A stretch of 40,000 nucleotides of DNA from Erwinia phage vB_Ea277G. Location of the stretch: the sequence record OP991903.1; one strand, 5' to 3'. A model generated the notes under the pieces. The model saw only the letters and a program-made list of their open reading frames with translations. It was not told the origin of the DNA and searched no databases. Both the position numbers and the translations under genes were made by a program. Below are positions 1 to 9,351 of the stretch, piece after piece (position 1 is the stretch's first letter; every line of letters starts with the position of its first letter).

Positions 1-120
1 GCCGGAATGTTCAGGGTTCTTGTTAATGAACCCATTGTAAAACGCTTTCACCCGATTGGCGAACTTCTTGTCGAAGCTCTGGACGCGGGAGAGGCGCAAG
101 AAAACGTCACGAATGGCCAT
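1..120 (-). CDS. 5' end of a minus-strand CDS running off the left edge (MAIRDVFLRLSRVQSFDKKFANRVKAFYNGFINKNPEHSG...)
   Basis: Reverse complement of 118-120 is ATG, followed by 40 open codons to the window edge; divergent from the following + strand operon. Confidence 0.65.
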   Translation of the reverse strand, partial: MAIRDVFLRLSRVQSFDKKFANRVKAFYNGFINKNPEHSG

Positions 121-154
121 ATTCACAACCCGTTTTAAAGTGAGGAAAGGTCTA

Positions 155-162
155 TATTATCA
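155..162 (+). promoter_or_regulatory. Putative phiKZ-type early promoter element TATATTAT
   Basis: TATATTAT in the divergent intergenic region upstream of the 227 start; same motif recurs in other intergenic gaps. Confidence 0.5.
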
Positions 163-226
163 GCATGAGAAGGTGTACTTATGCCTTCCACTACAACAAT
201 AATCCGTAACACCATTGGAGGTATTT

Positions 227-622
227 ATGACGGAAAAATATAAAGAGATAATTGAAGCACTCAGTTTGTACAGTATCGAAGAACGCAAAGAAATCATCCT
301 TGCGATTCAAGGGACGTTTGACCCGCAGCAAGAAGTCATTGGTTTCTTGCGTCAACATCTTTCATCGGAACCGATGTCCATGAACGATGTGAAGAAGAAC
401 TTCTTAAAGGTGTCCATTGGACTCTTCAAGATGACGCATATCCCACTCTTTGAAGACTTTGAATTCAGAGAGGCCATTACGAAGTTCATGGACTGGCTAC
501 CTGAACGTTATCCGTGGTACCGCAGTCAGCACTACTACTCAAAGCAATGGAACAGCTACATCGGACATCTCATCAAGATAGTTCAGGCTGGTCGCTGCTT
601 ACGTAAACAAAACACTAACTAA
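227..622 (+). CDS. Hypothetical protein, start refined from 215 to ATG 227
   Basis: ORF MTEKYKEIIEALSLYSIEERKE... with GGAG upstream of ATG 227. Confidence 0.75.
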   Translation: MTEKYKEIIEALSLYSIEERKEIILAIQGTFDPQQEVIGFLRQHLSSEPMSMNDVKKNFLKVSIGLFKMTHIPLFEDFEFREAITKFMDWLPERYPWYRSQHYYSKQWNSYIGHLIKIVQAGRCLRKQNTN

Positions 623-628
623 TAACCC

Positions 629-644
629 GGGGTCCATGGACCCC
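629..644. repeat. Perfect 16-bp palindrome GGGGTCCATGGACCCC (hairpin)
   Basis: Self-complementary sequence between two co-directional ORFs. Confidence 0.6.
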
Positions 645-657
645 TATCGGAGTAAAC

Positions 658-1059
658 ATGAAACAAGAAAAAATATACGATGTCATCGTGGGCCTAATCG
701 AAGAACTCGACGATGAGCATAAAGAAAAACTTATCAAGCTTTTGAATAAGCAAACCGAAGCACCTTTGTCCGAGCTTACTGACTATTTGGATAAAGTGCG
801 TCTCCCAACTGTCGGGGAAATGAAAGCCTCCAAAGCGGGGATGCAGTACCAGACCGTCAAATCCCACGTCGTGTCTACCTGGCCATCCATGTTCGACCAC
901 CATGACTTCAAAGGGGTGATGCGTGCGATGGAAATCGAAATCAATGCGTTCCCTGAATTCGGTCACGCCAGCGAATTGTACCGCAAGTGGAACGACACGG
1001 TCGACGCGTTGAAACGCATTGTCAACGGTATCGCTGCTCATCAGAATCGTAAGTCATAA
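658..1059 (+). CDS. Hypothetical protein; C-terminal LKRIVNGI segment shared with the 22828 ORF
   Basis: 133-aa ORF with plausible start; 25-nt identity to 23079-23103. Confidence 0.75.
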   Translation: MKQEKIYDVIVGLIEELDDEHKEKLIKLLNKQTEAPLSELTDYLDKVRLPTVGEMKASKAGMQYQTVKSHVVSTWPSMFDHHDFKGVMRAMEIEINAFPEFGHASELYRKWNDTVDALKRIVNGIAAHQNRKS

Positions 1060-1065
1060 TTTACG
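1056..1065 (+). promoter_or_regulatory. ATAATTTACG element
   Basis: Recurrent T-rich + ACG intergenic motif (see also 4214, 10466, 26948, 34368). Confidence 0.3.
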
Positions 1066-1086
1066 ACGGACATAAACCTTATGCCA

Positions 1087-1108
1087 CCAGGTTCCTTCGG
1101 GGACCTGG
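1087..1108 (+). other. UUCG-capped hairpin CCAGGTTCC-TTCG-GGGACCTGG
   Basis: 9-bp stem with one G-U pair and a TTCG loop; no adjacent U-tract. Confidence 0.6.
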
Positions 1109-1139
1109 AGTGTATTCTTTTATTCAGGAGAAAAAAGTA

Positions 1140-1799
1140 ATGTACAACAACTTCGACAACAAGAAGAAGCTCATTTACGTTCAGATGGCAGCAGCCACCA
1201 TGCAGGACCTGTTGAACCTGACTGAACGGGCAAAAACAACCGCACTGAACAAACCAATGGTTGCCAGCCTCCAATCCAATCTCGCGGCGCGTCTTCCGGG
1301 GCTGGTTGCCGAGACTGAGCGTTCGGAACAAGTCTGGTTAGAAGGGATGTTGAAAAACAGTCAGAACTGGCGAGACATCATACTCCCTGATTTTCTGGCG
1401 GTTGAAAGTCAGATGGTGGATTTCATCTCCGAGTTCGTGCGGGATGTGGAACACCAACTGTTCATCGTGGGCGGGTCTGACCGCCTGAAGGCTTTACTCG
1501 ATGCGGTCCGCGATATCTACGAAGTGCACTACAAAGAAGTACAAGAGAAATACGCACTGAACGCTGTGGTACACGACATTCACAAACGTCTGGGACAAGA
1601 AGTTGCGTTCCAGGAATTCGACCCGCATCATCGCGATTACCTGGTTGACCAAATTAACAGCGCTAAAACCCTGACGGGGTTACGGGCGATTCTGAACAAT
1701 GCGGTTTATCATTTCAACCTCGAAATGGTTTACCTGCGCAAAGAACAACAAGTGCAGGCCGGGGCCAGCAAAACAGGCGGGAGTCTTAAAGTACAATGA
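1140..1799 (+). CDS. Hypothetical protein, start refined to ATG 1140
   Basis: AGGAG upstream of ATG 1140; continuous ORF; coupled to next ORF (1796). Confidence 0.78.
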   Translation: MYNNFDNKKKLIYVQMAAATMQDLLNLTERAKTTALNKPMVASLQSNLAARLPGLVAETERSEQVWLEGMLKNSQNWRDIILPDFLAVESQMVDFISEFVRDVEHQLFIVGGSDRLKALLDAVRDIYEVHYKEVQEKYALNAVVHDIHKRLGQEVAFQEFDPHHRDYLVDQINSAKTLTGLRAILNNAVYHFNLEMVYLRKEQQVQAGASKTGGSLKVQ

Positions 1800-2380
1800 C
1801 CACAGAATTCTTTCGCGGCATTTACGGTGCGGGAGACGTCTTAGACAAGCGGTTGGCGTCATGGACCTTCAGTAACCATCGGCCCACCGCTCACTACTAC
1901 GCCATCCATCCGCTGGATGCGTTGGGGCAAGTCGAGAACCCACGCATCGTCGTCGCCACTCTTGACTGCAAGAACTTTTTCCAGAATACCCCGACTGACC
2001 CCTTCCTGGAGTTAGGTGAGGTTGAAGCTAAACTCGGGCGTACCGAAGCCCTACGCATTGCCCGCAAGTTCAAAGAGTGGATTGCCAACACCAACCTCTG
2101 GGAAGACATGACCGTATCGGAATTTGCGCAGTACCCGAACCACACGATTGACCAATGGTTGGACCGTTACCCGGACCGACTGGAGGAACTCTACTTCCAA
2201 GCCTATCCGTTCTACGACGACCCTGAAGAGGTTACTAAGTTAATCGCAGCAGGCTTTGACGGTGCGGCGTACGGCGGCAATGCTGCTTCCATGTACACGA
2301 CGGAGTGGCGAGTCTTCGCCAAAGAAACCATTAAAATCGTTCGTGTCGAACAAATCATTCCTCAGGAGGAAACCAAATGA
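1796..2380 (+). CDS. Hypothetical protein
   Basis: ATGA overlap with the preceding gene. Confidence 0.78.
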   Translation: MTTEFFRGIYGAGDVLDKRLASWTFSNHRPTAHYYAIHPLDALGQVENPRIVVATLDCKNFFQNTPTDPFLELGEVEAKLGRTEALRIARKFKEWIANTNLWEDMTVSEFAQYPNHTIDQWLDRYPDRLEELYFQAYPFYDDPEEVTKLIAAGFDGAAYGGNAASMYTTEWRVFAKETIKIVRVEQIIPQEETK

Positions 2381-3408
2381 CTTCACTTTTCGCAATCAAC
2401 AAAGACGTACAAGAAATTTACCTGACCTTCGTTGACGACCGCTGTGAGTGGCGTCGCGAAATCTCCGAGAAGGGTTATCACTCTCTCGACCAGCTTCAGA
2501 AGATTACCGTCGACACTATCTCCCTGGACTGGAAGGTTAACGAAAGCATCGACTGCCCACTGTCTGATGAGGACATGGCGAAAGCGGACCTCAACAAAGA
2601 CTTCACGTTGTACCTAGAGTTAGACGGTGGGTACGGTACGCTACAACTCATCAACAAAGACGGGGTACTGACGCTAGGCGGCGATAGCGACATCAACTAC
2701 ACGGTTTCTCACATGAGCGTGAAGGTGGAGGCAAACTACTACCTGGGTGACCACGGTGTAGAAGGTATCCCTGAGCGTCCGCTGTTGATAGAAATTCTGG
2801 CGTTACGCTCTTTCCTCGCCGACCTGGAACTACCGGTCTTCGCATCATCGGAACCCGGTAAGACCAATGGGCACAGTCCGTGGTTAGGTCTCTTCAACGA
2901 AGCCGTCCATAAGGTAAAAGACCTGCGTAAAAGTTTGGCAGTTGACCACATCCAGTATTCCGGTGATGCACCTGAACTCGTGGTGTCGTTCTTCGAACAT
3001 GCGCAGACCGAAACCCCAGACTGGTTCTGGACAGAGCAGGAGAAGGTTGGTCATGTGGCCATGGCGCTCAAATACGACGATGCTCGCCGCTTCTGTCTGA
3101 CAGCCATTGGTCACGGTGACCTGACCCCATGGCGTGATGTACATGTGGCGTTGTACCAGCTGTTCGCGTGCAGTCTGAAGGAAACCCTGGACGGTGTACG
3201 TGATGCCTTCTTCCAGCACGTGCGTGGCGTCTACCGTAAACACAAGGCGATTCAGGAAAAATCCCCTTCAGTCACCATCCTGCTGGAAGCGTACTACGAC
3301 TTCGATTACGTGAATATCTACCAGGGGGTACGTAAAGGAACACTACAGTACCTTAACCACCTCGAAATCAAAGCTCACCAGGAGCTCTGGGAAAAGATTC
3401 ACCCGTAA
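2377..3408 (+). CDS. Hypothetical protein (343 aa)
   Basis: Long ORF, ATGA overlap, followed by a terminator-like hairpin. Confidence 0.85.
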   Translation: MTSLFAINKDVQEIYLTFVDDRCEWRREISEKGYHSLDQLQKITVDTISLDWKVNESIDCPLSDEDMAKADLNKDFTLYLELDGGYGTLQLINKDGVLTLGGDSDINYTVSHMSVKVEANYYLGDHGVEGIPERPLLIEILALRSFLADLELPVFASSEPGKTNGHSPWLGLFNEAVHKVKDLRKSLAVDHIQYSGDAPELVVSFFEHAQTETPDWFWTEQEKVGHVAMALKYDDARRFCLTAIGHGDLTPWRDVHVALYQLFACSLKETLDGVRDAFFQHVRGVYRKHKAIQEKSPSVTILLEAYYDFDYVNIYQGVRKGTLQYLNHLEIKAHQELWEKIHP

Positions 3409-3416
3409 CAACATCA

Positions 3417-3448
3417 AAGGTGGGGCTTTCCCCACCTTTTCTTTTTTA
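3417..3448 (+). terminator. Rho-independent terminator
   Basis: AAGGTGGGG-CTTT-CCCCACCTT followed by TTCTTTTTT. Confidence 0.85.
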
Positions 3449-3477
3449 AACGCTTACAGCGCTTTACAGGAGCGTAT

Positions 3478-4125
3478 ATGGACAGAAGTTATTACGAGTT
3501 TAGCGAAGATGCGAAACGTCGCTTCAATGACCGCCTACGTTGGATACTGGTAGGGGTAGGGGTTGTTTGGCAGGGTGATGATGAAGCGATAAACGAGATG
3601 GTGGTCCCACCGGAACGTATTCGTGCTATCCTGGAAGAGTTCTACAGCAAAGCTGCCGAATGCTACAAAGAACTGGCTGATGAACAACCTCAGGCCATGG
3701 AACGTATCGACATGTTGCGTGAACTGGTTGAGCAAGAACTGGAGCGGGGACAGATGGTCACCTTGCCTGCGGTGAAGGTGTTGGTTGACCGGGGCGTGAA
3801 GTTAATCTGGGAAGCCATCAACTTCCACGAAAGTGGCGGGGACGACCAACCGCTGTTCCAGTTGCTAATTAACCTGTCGTACATCAACACCCGTATCAAA
3901 ACGTTAATCGACATGGTGCGGGTTGAAAGTGCTCAGCGAGTATTGGAAGAACAAATCGCTAAGTACGTGGAGAGTGGTGAGTTCGATGATTACTACATCC
4001 ACAAACTGATGGACGGAATTCTACATCAGGCGGTGTCATGGACAGAGTTCCGTCGCATGATTGACATCACGTTGAAGTACATCGAACCAAGTGCTTCACC
4101 GGAACCTCCAGTCCTCGAACAGTAA
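3478..4125 (+). CDS. Hypothetical helical protein
   Basis: 215-aa ORF with GGAG upstream. Confidence 0.8.
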   Translation: MDRSYYEFSEDAKRRFNDRLRWILVGVGVVWQGDDEAINEMVVPPERIRAILEEFYSKAAECYKELADEQPQAMERIDMLRELVEQELERGQMVTLPAVKVLVDRGVKLIWEAINFHESGGDDQPLFQLLINLSYINTRIKTLIDMVRVESAQRVLEEQIAKYVESGEFDDYYIHKLMDGILHQAVSWTEFRRMIDITLKYIEPSASPEPPVLEQ

Positions 4126-4446
4126 TTTCACGATTTGGTCACTCTGACTTATTATATTTATCGAACATCTCTGAAAAGGGGTGTTTCGATAGGTATTCCA
4201 TCGTATAACGGTTATTTTTTACGGTGGGGTGCATTGTTTTGAACTTCCAGCCAAAAGGCCCGTAGGGGCTTTTGTGCTGTTAACTAGTACCCGTATGATT
4301 GCGAGTGAATACGAGTAATCATTAGAGGGTACTGAGTGAGTACGCTAGTACTCTATCCTTCTTTCAGAGTGAGAGACTAATCACTCGAAAAATTTCAAAC
4401 TAATTAAATTAACCATTCAATAAAAAACCTTATTCAGGAGAGAATC
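4126..4446 (+). ncRNA. Candidate structured leader/non-coding RNA region
   Basis: 321-nt ORF-poor gap with TATATTTA (4153), ATTTTTTACGG (4214) and several hairpins including GAGTAC-GCTA-GTACTC and AGTACCC...GGGTACT. Confidence 0.4.
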
Positions 4447-4746
4447 ATGTTACACGCTAATTACGGAATCGTTGTTCCTATCATTGTACCCCACTCAGTA
4501 CGCGATATGGCTAAAGGTGAAACGCAATGTCTGACGCATCGCAACATTCCCGAGAACACCTTCGTCTTACGCGGAAGTTACGTAGAGTTTGCTCCACAGA
4601 ACTACGAAGACGCACTGGTACTCGTGAGCAAGGTAGTGACGGAAACCTCTGGGGACGCTACCCTGGATGAACTGCACGCTTGGGCAATGAAAGTCTTAAC
4701 CTGGGTAATCACACGCCGTAATGACAAAGGGTGGGAGAAGCCATGA
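4447..4746 (+). CDS. Hypothetical protein
   Basis: 99-aa ORF preceded by AGGAG; coupled to next. Confidence 0.72.
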   Translation: MLHANYGIVVPIIVPHSVRDMAKGETQCLTHRNIPENTFVLRGSYVEFAPQNYEDALVLVSKVVTETSGDATLDELHAWAMKVLTWVITRRNDKGWEKP

Positions 4747-5156
4747 TTAAAACCAATGAAAGCTTCCCTGTAGACGATAAGGGAAAGGAAGCGGACTTAG
4801 TCGTCAGTACGGCTGGGATGGTGTTTCCGTTCTGGGGGATTCGTACTGGATGGGCGGGGGCAGTGGAAGGCGGTGAATACCTGATGCTGGCCATGGACAC
4901 CAAAGAACTTCCTGAGGGTGTGACACCTGTTCCGGACAAAAGTCCGATGATGGTCTTCTACCCCAACCGTAAACTGGACCTGACACATTGGGCACTGGTT
5001 GCAGCACAAGTTAGACACGGCGGACACACGCCTATGGTGATTCGGGTATTGTGGAATACGGGGGAGGAGTTCCAGTACGAGAACGTCCTGAAGAACGAAG
5101 GGAAACGCACCCTCAGTTACAAAGGGAATGTCAGCAGTGGGGTGAATGCACAATGA
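4743..5156 (+). CDS. Hypothetical protein, start refined to ATG 4743
   Basis: ATGA overlap with the previous stop. Confidence 0.7.
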   Translation: MIKTNESFPVDDKGKEADLVVSTAGMVFPFWGIRTGWAGAVEGGEYLMLAMDTKELPEGVTPVPDKSPMMVFYPNRKLDLTHWALVAAQVRHGGHTPMVIRVLWNTGEEFQYENVLKNEGKRTLSYKGNVSSGVNAQ

Positions 5157-5374
5157 GCACAAAGGACCGCTTTGAAATACGGTTAATCGAGGACGTTCCG
5201 CCCGATGAAATTACCCCAGAGGAATTCAAGCAGCTCATGGAACTTACCGGGGAGGTCAGTCAGACCCGGATGGTCCGACGTGCATTGAAAACGTACCTGG
5301 GGAATTACGCCGAGATGGAAATCGTCGCTCTGGAAGACCGTATCAGGACGCTACGCAAGTTGACGGAGAAATGA
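5153..5374 (+). CDS. Small protein, possible ribbon-helix-helix-like DNA-binding protein
   Basis: 73 aa from ATG 5153 (ATGA overlap); ITPEEFKQLMELTGEVSQTRMVRRALKTYL resembles an RHH helix-turn-helix segment. Confidence 0.4.
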   Translation: MSTKDRFEIRLIEDVPPDEITPEEFKQLMELTGEVSQTRMVRRALKTYLGNYAEMEIVALEDRIRTLRKLTEK

Positions 5375-5982
5375 TGAAATATTACAAACTTGACCCGGTG
5401 GAAAAGGAGTTCCACAACCAACTGCTGGTCAACACCTTGCGCAAGTTCATCACTGATGAATGGCAGGACCCCGAGTTTCACGACACCGTCTTCTCCAGCT
5501 TGAAAGACTTCAGTCCAAACGGGACTGGTCGCATCTTCCGTGCAGGGGCAGTGAATGTCGGGATGGTGGTCATGTACAACATCGGTAAGTTGGAAGGTGT
5601 GAATGATTGGTGGGAGAAAGCTTGGCGTGAGTTCGGTAACCTCAACCTGGAAGGGGAGGACTTTGACAAAGAGCTTAACAGCCTCATTGACAAAACCGTC
5701 GCCTCCCTCAACCGGGTGCGAACTAACGAAGATAAGATTGTCCCGGCTATCATTGAACTGGAAGATGTACGGACGTTCTTCCAGGAAGCCTCTCGGGATT
5801 ATATCCACAGCTACCGCAAGAAGATTCTGGCCGGAGCACTCATCGACTGGTACAAGGCAAAACAGCTGGACTCGAAGTTTGTGGGTAAGATTGTGGAGCC
5901 TATTCTTAATGCGGACACCCCTGAAGAATTCAAACGCCGAGCGGAGGCGGTAATAAAACACTTCACCACTCCTATGAATTAA
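5371..5982 (+). CDS. Hypothetical protein
   Basis: ATGA overlap, 203-aa ORF. Confidence 0.75.
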   Translation: MMKYYKLDPVEKEFHNQLLVNTLRKFITDEWQDPEFHDTVFSSLKDFSPNGTGRIFRAGAVNVGMVVMYNIGKLEGVNDWWEKAWREFGNLNLEGEDFDKELNSLIDKTVASLNRVRTNEDKIVPAIIELEDVRTFFQEASRDYIHSYRKKILAGALIDWYKAKQLDSKFVGKIVEPILNADTPEEFKRRAEAVIKHFTTPMN

Positions 5983-5998
5983 ACTAAGGAGTATCACC

Positions 5999-6322
5999 AT
6001 GTTCCATTCGAAGTGGGATAAGAAAACCCGGATGTGGAAGATTGGGTTGTGTGTGGAAGAGGAAGAACGGACCATGGCGCTACGCTACATGGAACAAGTT
6101 CACCGCTTCGGCCGTCCGCACAACCTGGACCAGGCACTGAACTTGTTGTACGCACAACAGGGCGATGACCTCATCAAACATGAAGAGTTCTTCCGTCAAC
6201 TGTTGGACCGTCAGCCGGTTCAGAACTGGTACGATATCATGCAGAACGAGTACGACCGTCTGGGCCACCGGATGTGCGCTAAACAGGATGCATGGTTAGC
6301 CAGTCTGAAGAGAGGGGCCTAA
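5999..6322 (+). CDS. Hypothetical protein
   Basis: 107-aa ORF, AAGGAG upstream, terminator at its stop. Confidence 0.72.
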   Translation: MFHSKWDKKTRMWKIGLCVEEEERTMALRYMEQVHRFGRPHNLDQALNLLYAQQGDDLIKHEEFFRQLLDRQPVQNWYDIMQNEYDRLGHRMCAKQDAWLASLKRGA

Positions 6323-6345
6323 CGGCCCCTTTATTTTTATTTTTT
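6313..6345 (+). terminator. Rho-independent terminator overlapping the stop of the 5999 ORF
   Basis: AGGGGCC-TAAC-GGCCCCT followed by TTATTTTTATTTTTT. Confidence 0.8.
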
Positions 6346-6394
6346 AAATCAAAGACTCAGTTATAGGGTCAAAAAAGAATCCGTTGGAGGAAGC

Positions 6395-6766
6395 ATGGCA
6401 AAACGTAAGACATGGTGGCATAAACTCATCGCACTCATCTTTGGTGACAAGTTACAGCTCATCGAACAGAACGAAGAGTACCGGTACATCATCGAGGACT
6501 TGAACTTGATGCGTGACCTGGAAGTGCAAAGTACCAAATACAGTGACAAGATTGGCGCTGTAACGTTAGCCCAGATTCTGCTCGTGCATTACACCACCCC
6601 GGATAAAATGGACGAACATCTCCATCACATCGTGTCTGCCCTGCCGCTGGACCTGCGCACGGAGACACTGCACTACCTGGACGAATTACGTATCAACATC
6701 GAAAGTGAGATTCGGGCGAAGCAATGCCGCCTGAAGTTAGTTGACAAGGACATCCAAAATGACTGA
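6395..6766 (+). CDS. Hypothetical protein
   Basis: 123-aa ORF with GGAGG upstream. Confidence 0.75.
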   Translation: MAKRKTWWHKLIALIFGDKLQLIEQNEEYRYIIEDLNLMRDLEVQSTKYSDKIGAVTLAQILLVHYTTPDKMDEHLHHIVSALPLDLRTETLHYLDELRINIESEIRAKQCRLKLVDKDIQND

Positions 6767-7337
6767 CGTACGCCGAGGGGCACAAGCCCGTACTCCTAAA
6801 GAATCACTCGACTGGTTGTACGAGGATGTCTGCCGGTTACTGGAAACAAAGTTCACGGTCTACGCCGACTCGAGAAAGTTATACGGGATGGTGGGCGACC
6901 TGCCTCGTGAACACGCCAACATGCTGCGTCTGCGTTGGGCACCCGAGCTCAGTGCCGTGATGGAACAGTTCATGTTGTTAGGCGAAGAGCGCGCAGGGGT
7001 TCAGCTCAGTTACGCACTGATGCGAAAGAACCGCCCGGCACTCTATCAGGAACTGGTGATTCAGATTACCCATCCTGATACCCCACCGATTATCCGGGAA
7101 ATGTTTGTCGAGTACTGCGAGAAGTTACGAGAACTGAACGACTGGTTCAACAGCGCACTTCACGCCGCCTTCGAAGAACATTCTGGTCGATGGTGGGATG
7201 ACATGGATGAATCTATTCTGTCGTTCGGGGAATACGAGTGTTACGTTGACGCGATTCAGTTAGCGTTCAATGAGGCGTACATCAACTTCGATATCCTGGA
7301 ACAAGTTCTCGCCGCCATGCGCCGAGTAATACGCTAA
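6759..7337 (+). CDS. Hypothetical protein, start refined to ATG 6759
   Basis: Overlaps previous stop; terminator downstream. Confidence 0.75.
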   Translation: MTDVRRGAQARTPKESLDWLYEDVCRLLETKFTVYADSRKLYGMVGDLPREHANMLRLRWAPELSAVMEQFMLLGEERAGVQLSYALMRKNRPALYQELVIQITHPDTPPIIREMFVEYCEKLRELNDWFNSALHAAFEEHSGRWWDDMDESILSFGEYECYVDAIQLAFNEAYINFDILEQVLAAMRRVIR

Positions 7338-7371
7338 AAGAGAGGGGTTTGCGCCCCTCTCTTTTTTTTTT
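7336..7371 (+). terminator. Rho-independent terminator
   Basis: AAAAGAGAGGGG-TTTGCG-CCCCTCTCTTTT followed by a T-run. Confidence 0.9.
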
Positions 7372-7445
7372 GACGCATCGGGTCTTCGTATGTAATTTGA
7401 GATTTACTTTCTTTAGTCGAAGGATGAAATGGCGGAGAACTACCG

Positions 7446-7946
7446 ATGGGCGGAACTACTGATACACAATCACAAGACGTTGCTATGCTGCCTCGCTACA
7501 AGTTTCGTATGCCTGTTAGCGGTACGATTCATATTTCCGATTTATCGGAGTTTCGTGAGAAACAGCTGGCGGGATACGTACGACTCGCGCGACTAGACCT
7601 CCCGTTCCTGGACATGCACCCGTGCCGCACTATCCAGGTTGCAGAAGAACTGAAGGCCGACCTGAATGATAAGGTTTTCTGGGACACCCCACTAGTGACC
7701 AAAACGTACCATGTCCTGCGTCATGTCTGGGTTGAATTCCTGCAAGACCCGCGCTGGGAAGTGAAGTTGATTGACCGCGCACTGAAAATGGCGAAGGATG
7801 CCAAATTTACGGAAGTCGAGTTTTACGACGCTTATTGTAAGCACGTGTTGTCTTCTAACACGACGGTCTACAACAACGCCGTGAAGGTCATGACGCTGTT
7901 CCGTGAAGAGCGCATTGACTCCGGTTTAAGCTTCGGAGACTTCTGA
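7446..7946 (+). CDS. Hypothetical protein
   Basis: 166-aa ORF. Confidence 0.7.
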   Translation: MGGTTDTQSQDVAMLPRYKFRMPVSGTIHISDLSEFREKQLAGYVRLARLDLPFLDMHPCRTIQVAEELKADLNDKVFWDTPLVTKTYHVLRHVWVEFLQDPRWEVKLIDRALKMAKDAKFTEVEFYDAYCKHVLSSNTTVYNNAVKVMTLFREERIDSGLSFGDF

Positions 7947-8566
7947 TGATTCACTCCCATGGTGCTTTACGCAGTTCGTTAGCGTTAGCCTATCTCGTTA
8001 ACATGGAAATTCAGGTATTGCAGAACTTCCGTGAGATGGCGCTGAAGTTACCCACTAACCGCGACAGCTGTCGCTTCGTCCGAGGTATCATCGAGTGGAC
8101 ACGCAACAACCACACCTGGAAGGCACTCCCCTTGTCCCTTCGTCTCCGCGTCCTTATCCCGATGAGTCTGGCGAGTCGCCAGGGGACCTACCACGGGATG
8201 GTTGGCAAGATTAACGAAGTTGCTTCCACGATATCCTACAGTACCACCCGCGGTAAAAAGCTACCACCCGTCTGGTTTAACTTGAGGGACGTGACAGCTG
8301 GCGTTGAACAGGTCGCCTACCGGGAAATGGGGATTCGTTTCTGTGGCCGCATTCGTAACTATTTTGCAGGGAAGGAAGGATGTCTCGATTTGACATTTTG
8401 GAACCAGCTATGCGAGCTGGAACAAAGTGCGTATCAGGAAGAGGTCTCGGCGAAGATTTACCGCGAAGCCTTTACCATGCGGTATCTGCGTCTGGTCGAG
8501 ATTGCCAAAACGCAATTATCGGACATGTCGGACACGGAGTTCCAAACCCGTTCCAAACAAATCTGA
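7946..8566 (+). CDS. Hypothetical protein
   Basis: 206-aa ORF starting at the previous stop. Confidence 0.7.
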   Translation: MIHSHGALRSSLALAYLVNMEIQVLQNFREMALKLPTNRDSCRFVRGIIEWTRNNHTWKALPLSLRLRVLIPMSLASRQGTYHGMVGKINEVASTISYSTTRGKKLPPVWFNLRDVTAGVEQVAYREMGIRFCGRIRNYFAGKEGCLDLTFWNQLCELEQSAYQEEVSAKIYREAFTMRYLRLVEIAKTQLSDMSDTEFQTRSKQI

Positions 8567-8568
8567 AG

Positions 8569-8620
8569 TATATATTCTCTGGGTGAATTAGGGTACTATA
8601 CCTTGCTTCACTCAGGGAAT
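8569..8620 (+). promoter_or_regulatory. Early-promoter-like TATATATTC abutting a long hairpin
   Basis: TATATATT at 8569, then stem 8574-8587/8607-8620 (14 bp with G-U pairs) and inner stem 8590-8595/8599-8604. Confidence 0.5.
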
Positions 8621-8674
8621 TCTCCCACTTATTATCTTTTCTATCATCGAGCAAATACGCTCTAAGGAAATATC

Positions 8675-9304
8675 ATGAACGCATCTAACAACGCAAACGT
8701 AAACGTAAATGTCAACGGTAAAAATGAACTGGTTGTTACCGTCGCTGGCAAAGATTACGTATTTGACAAAAACAAATCTAACGTCGGTAAAGTAAACCTG
8801 GGTGGCGAATTCCCGTTCCCAATCTTCGACGGTATCAAAAACGATATCGCCAAAAATAACTGGGTCGCTGGTTACGTTACCCAGGAGTTCAACGGGAAAC
8901 AAGCAGCGTTAATCATGGCCGGTCCTATCGAAGAAATGATGGTCGGGGAAACTGCCATGACCTGGTTTGCGTTAGACGTTAACGCACCAGAAGCAGAAGA
9001 AGCCCAGGTCGCTAAACTGGTTAGTAGCGAGAAAGGTTTCAGCACCTACGAAGCCAACGGCAAGAAGTTCTGCTTTGATGACACCACTGCCGAGAACGGC
9101 TCCTTCATCAAACCGGATTATTTGGGCGTGGTACTGCCAGCTGCAATTCAACATGCGCTGGCGAAACCGTGCCGCATGGCAGTATTTAAGTACCAGGCTA
9201 AAACCCTGATGATTGAAGTTTACCAAGCCCCGCGTTCTTGGGGAATGGGTAGCGACGGCATCTGGATTATCGAAGACGTTGAAACACTCAACATTGTAAA
9301 CTAA
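8675..9304 (+). CDS. Hypothetical protein with Asn-rich N terminus, probably highly expressed
   Basis: 209-aa ORF, AAGGAAAT upstream, strongly biased codons, terminator downstream. Confidence 0.85.
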   Translation: MNASNNANVNVNVNGKNELVVTVAGKDYVFDKNKSNVGKVNLGGEFPFPIFDGIKNDIAKNNWVAGYVTQEFNGKQAALIMAGPIEEMMVGETAMTWFALDVNAPEAEEAQVAKLVSSEKGFSTYEANGKKFCFDDTTAENGSFIKPDYLGVVLPAAIQHALAKPCRMAVFKYQAKTLMIEVYQAPRSWGMGSDGIWIIEDVETLNIVN

Positions 9305-9310
9305 AACCTC

Positions 9311-9333
9311 AAGGAGCCAGTGGCTCCTTTTTT
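9311..9333 (+). terminator. Rho-independent terminator
   Basis: AAGGAGCC-AGT-GGCTCCTT followed by TTTT. Confidence 0.85.
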
Positions 9334-9351
9334 AAACTACGGAGAATAATT

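Noticed and set aside
4257-4280. Terminator from CCAAAAGGCCCGTAGGGGCTTTTG
   Set aside because: Stem contains a bulge and is followed by TGCTG rather than a U-tract; treated as a leader structure.
5153-5374. Toxin-antitoxin pair with a neighbouring gene
   Set aside because: The RHH-like protein could be an antitoxin, but no recognisable toxin fold is seen in the adjacent ORFs.
5305-6075. Minus-strand ORF of 256 aa
   Set aside because: Antisense to coupled + strand genes at 5153, 5371 and 5999 that have starts and overlaps; treated as a shadow ORF.
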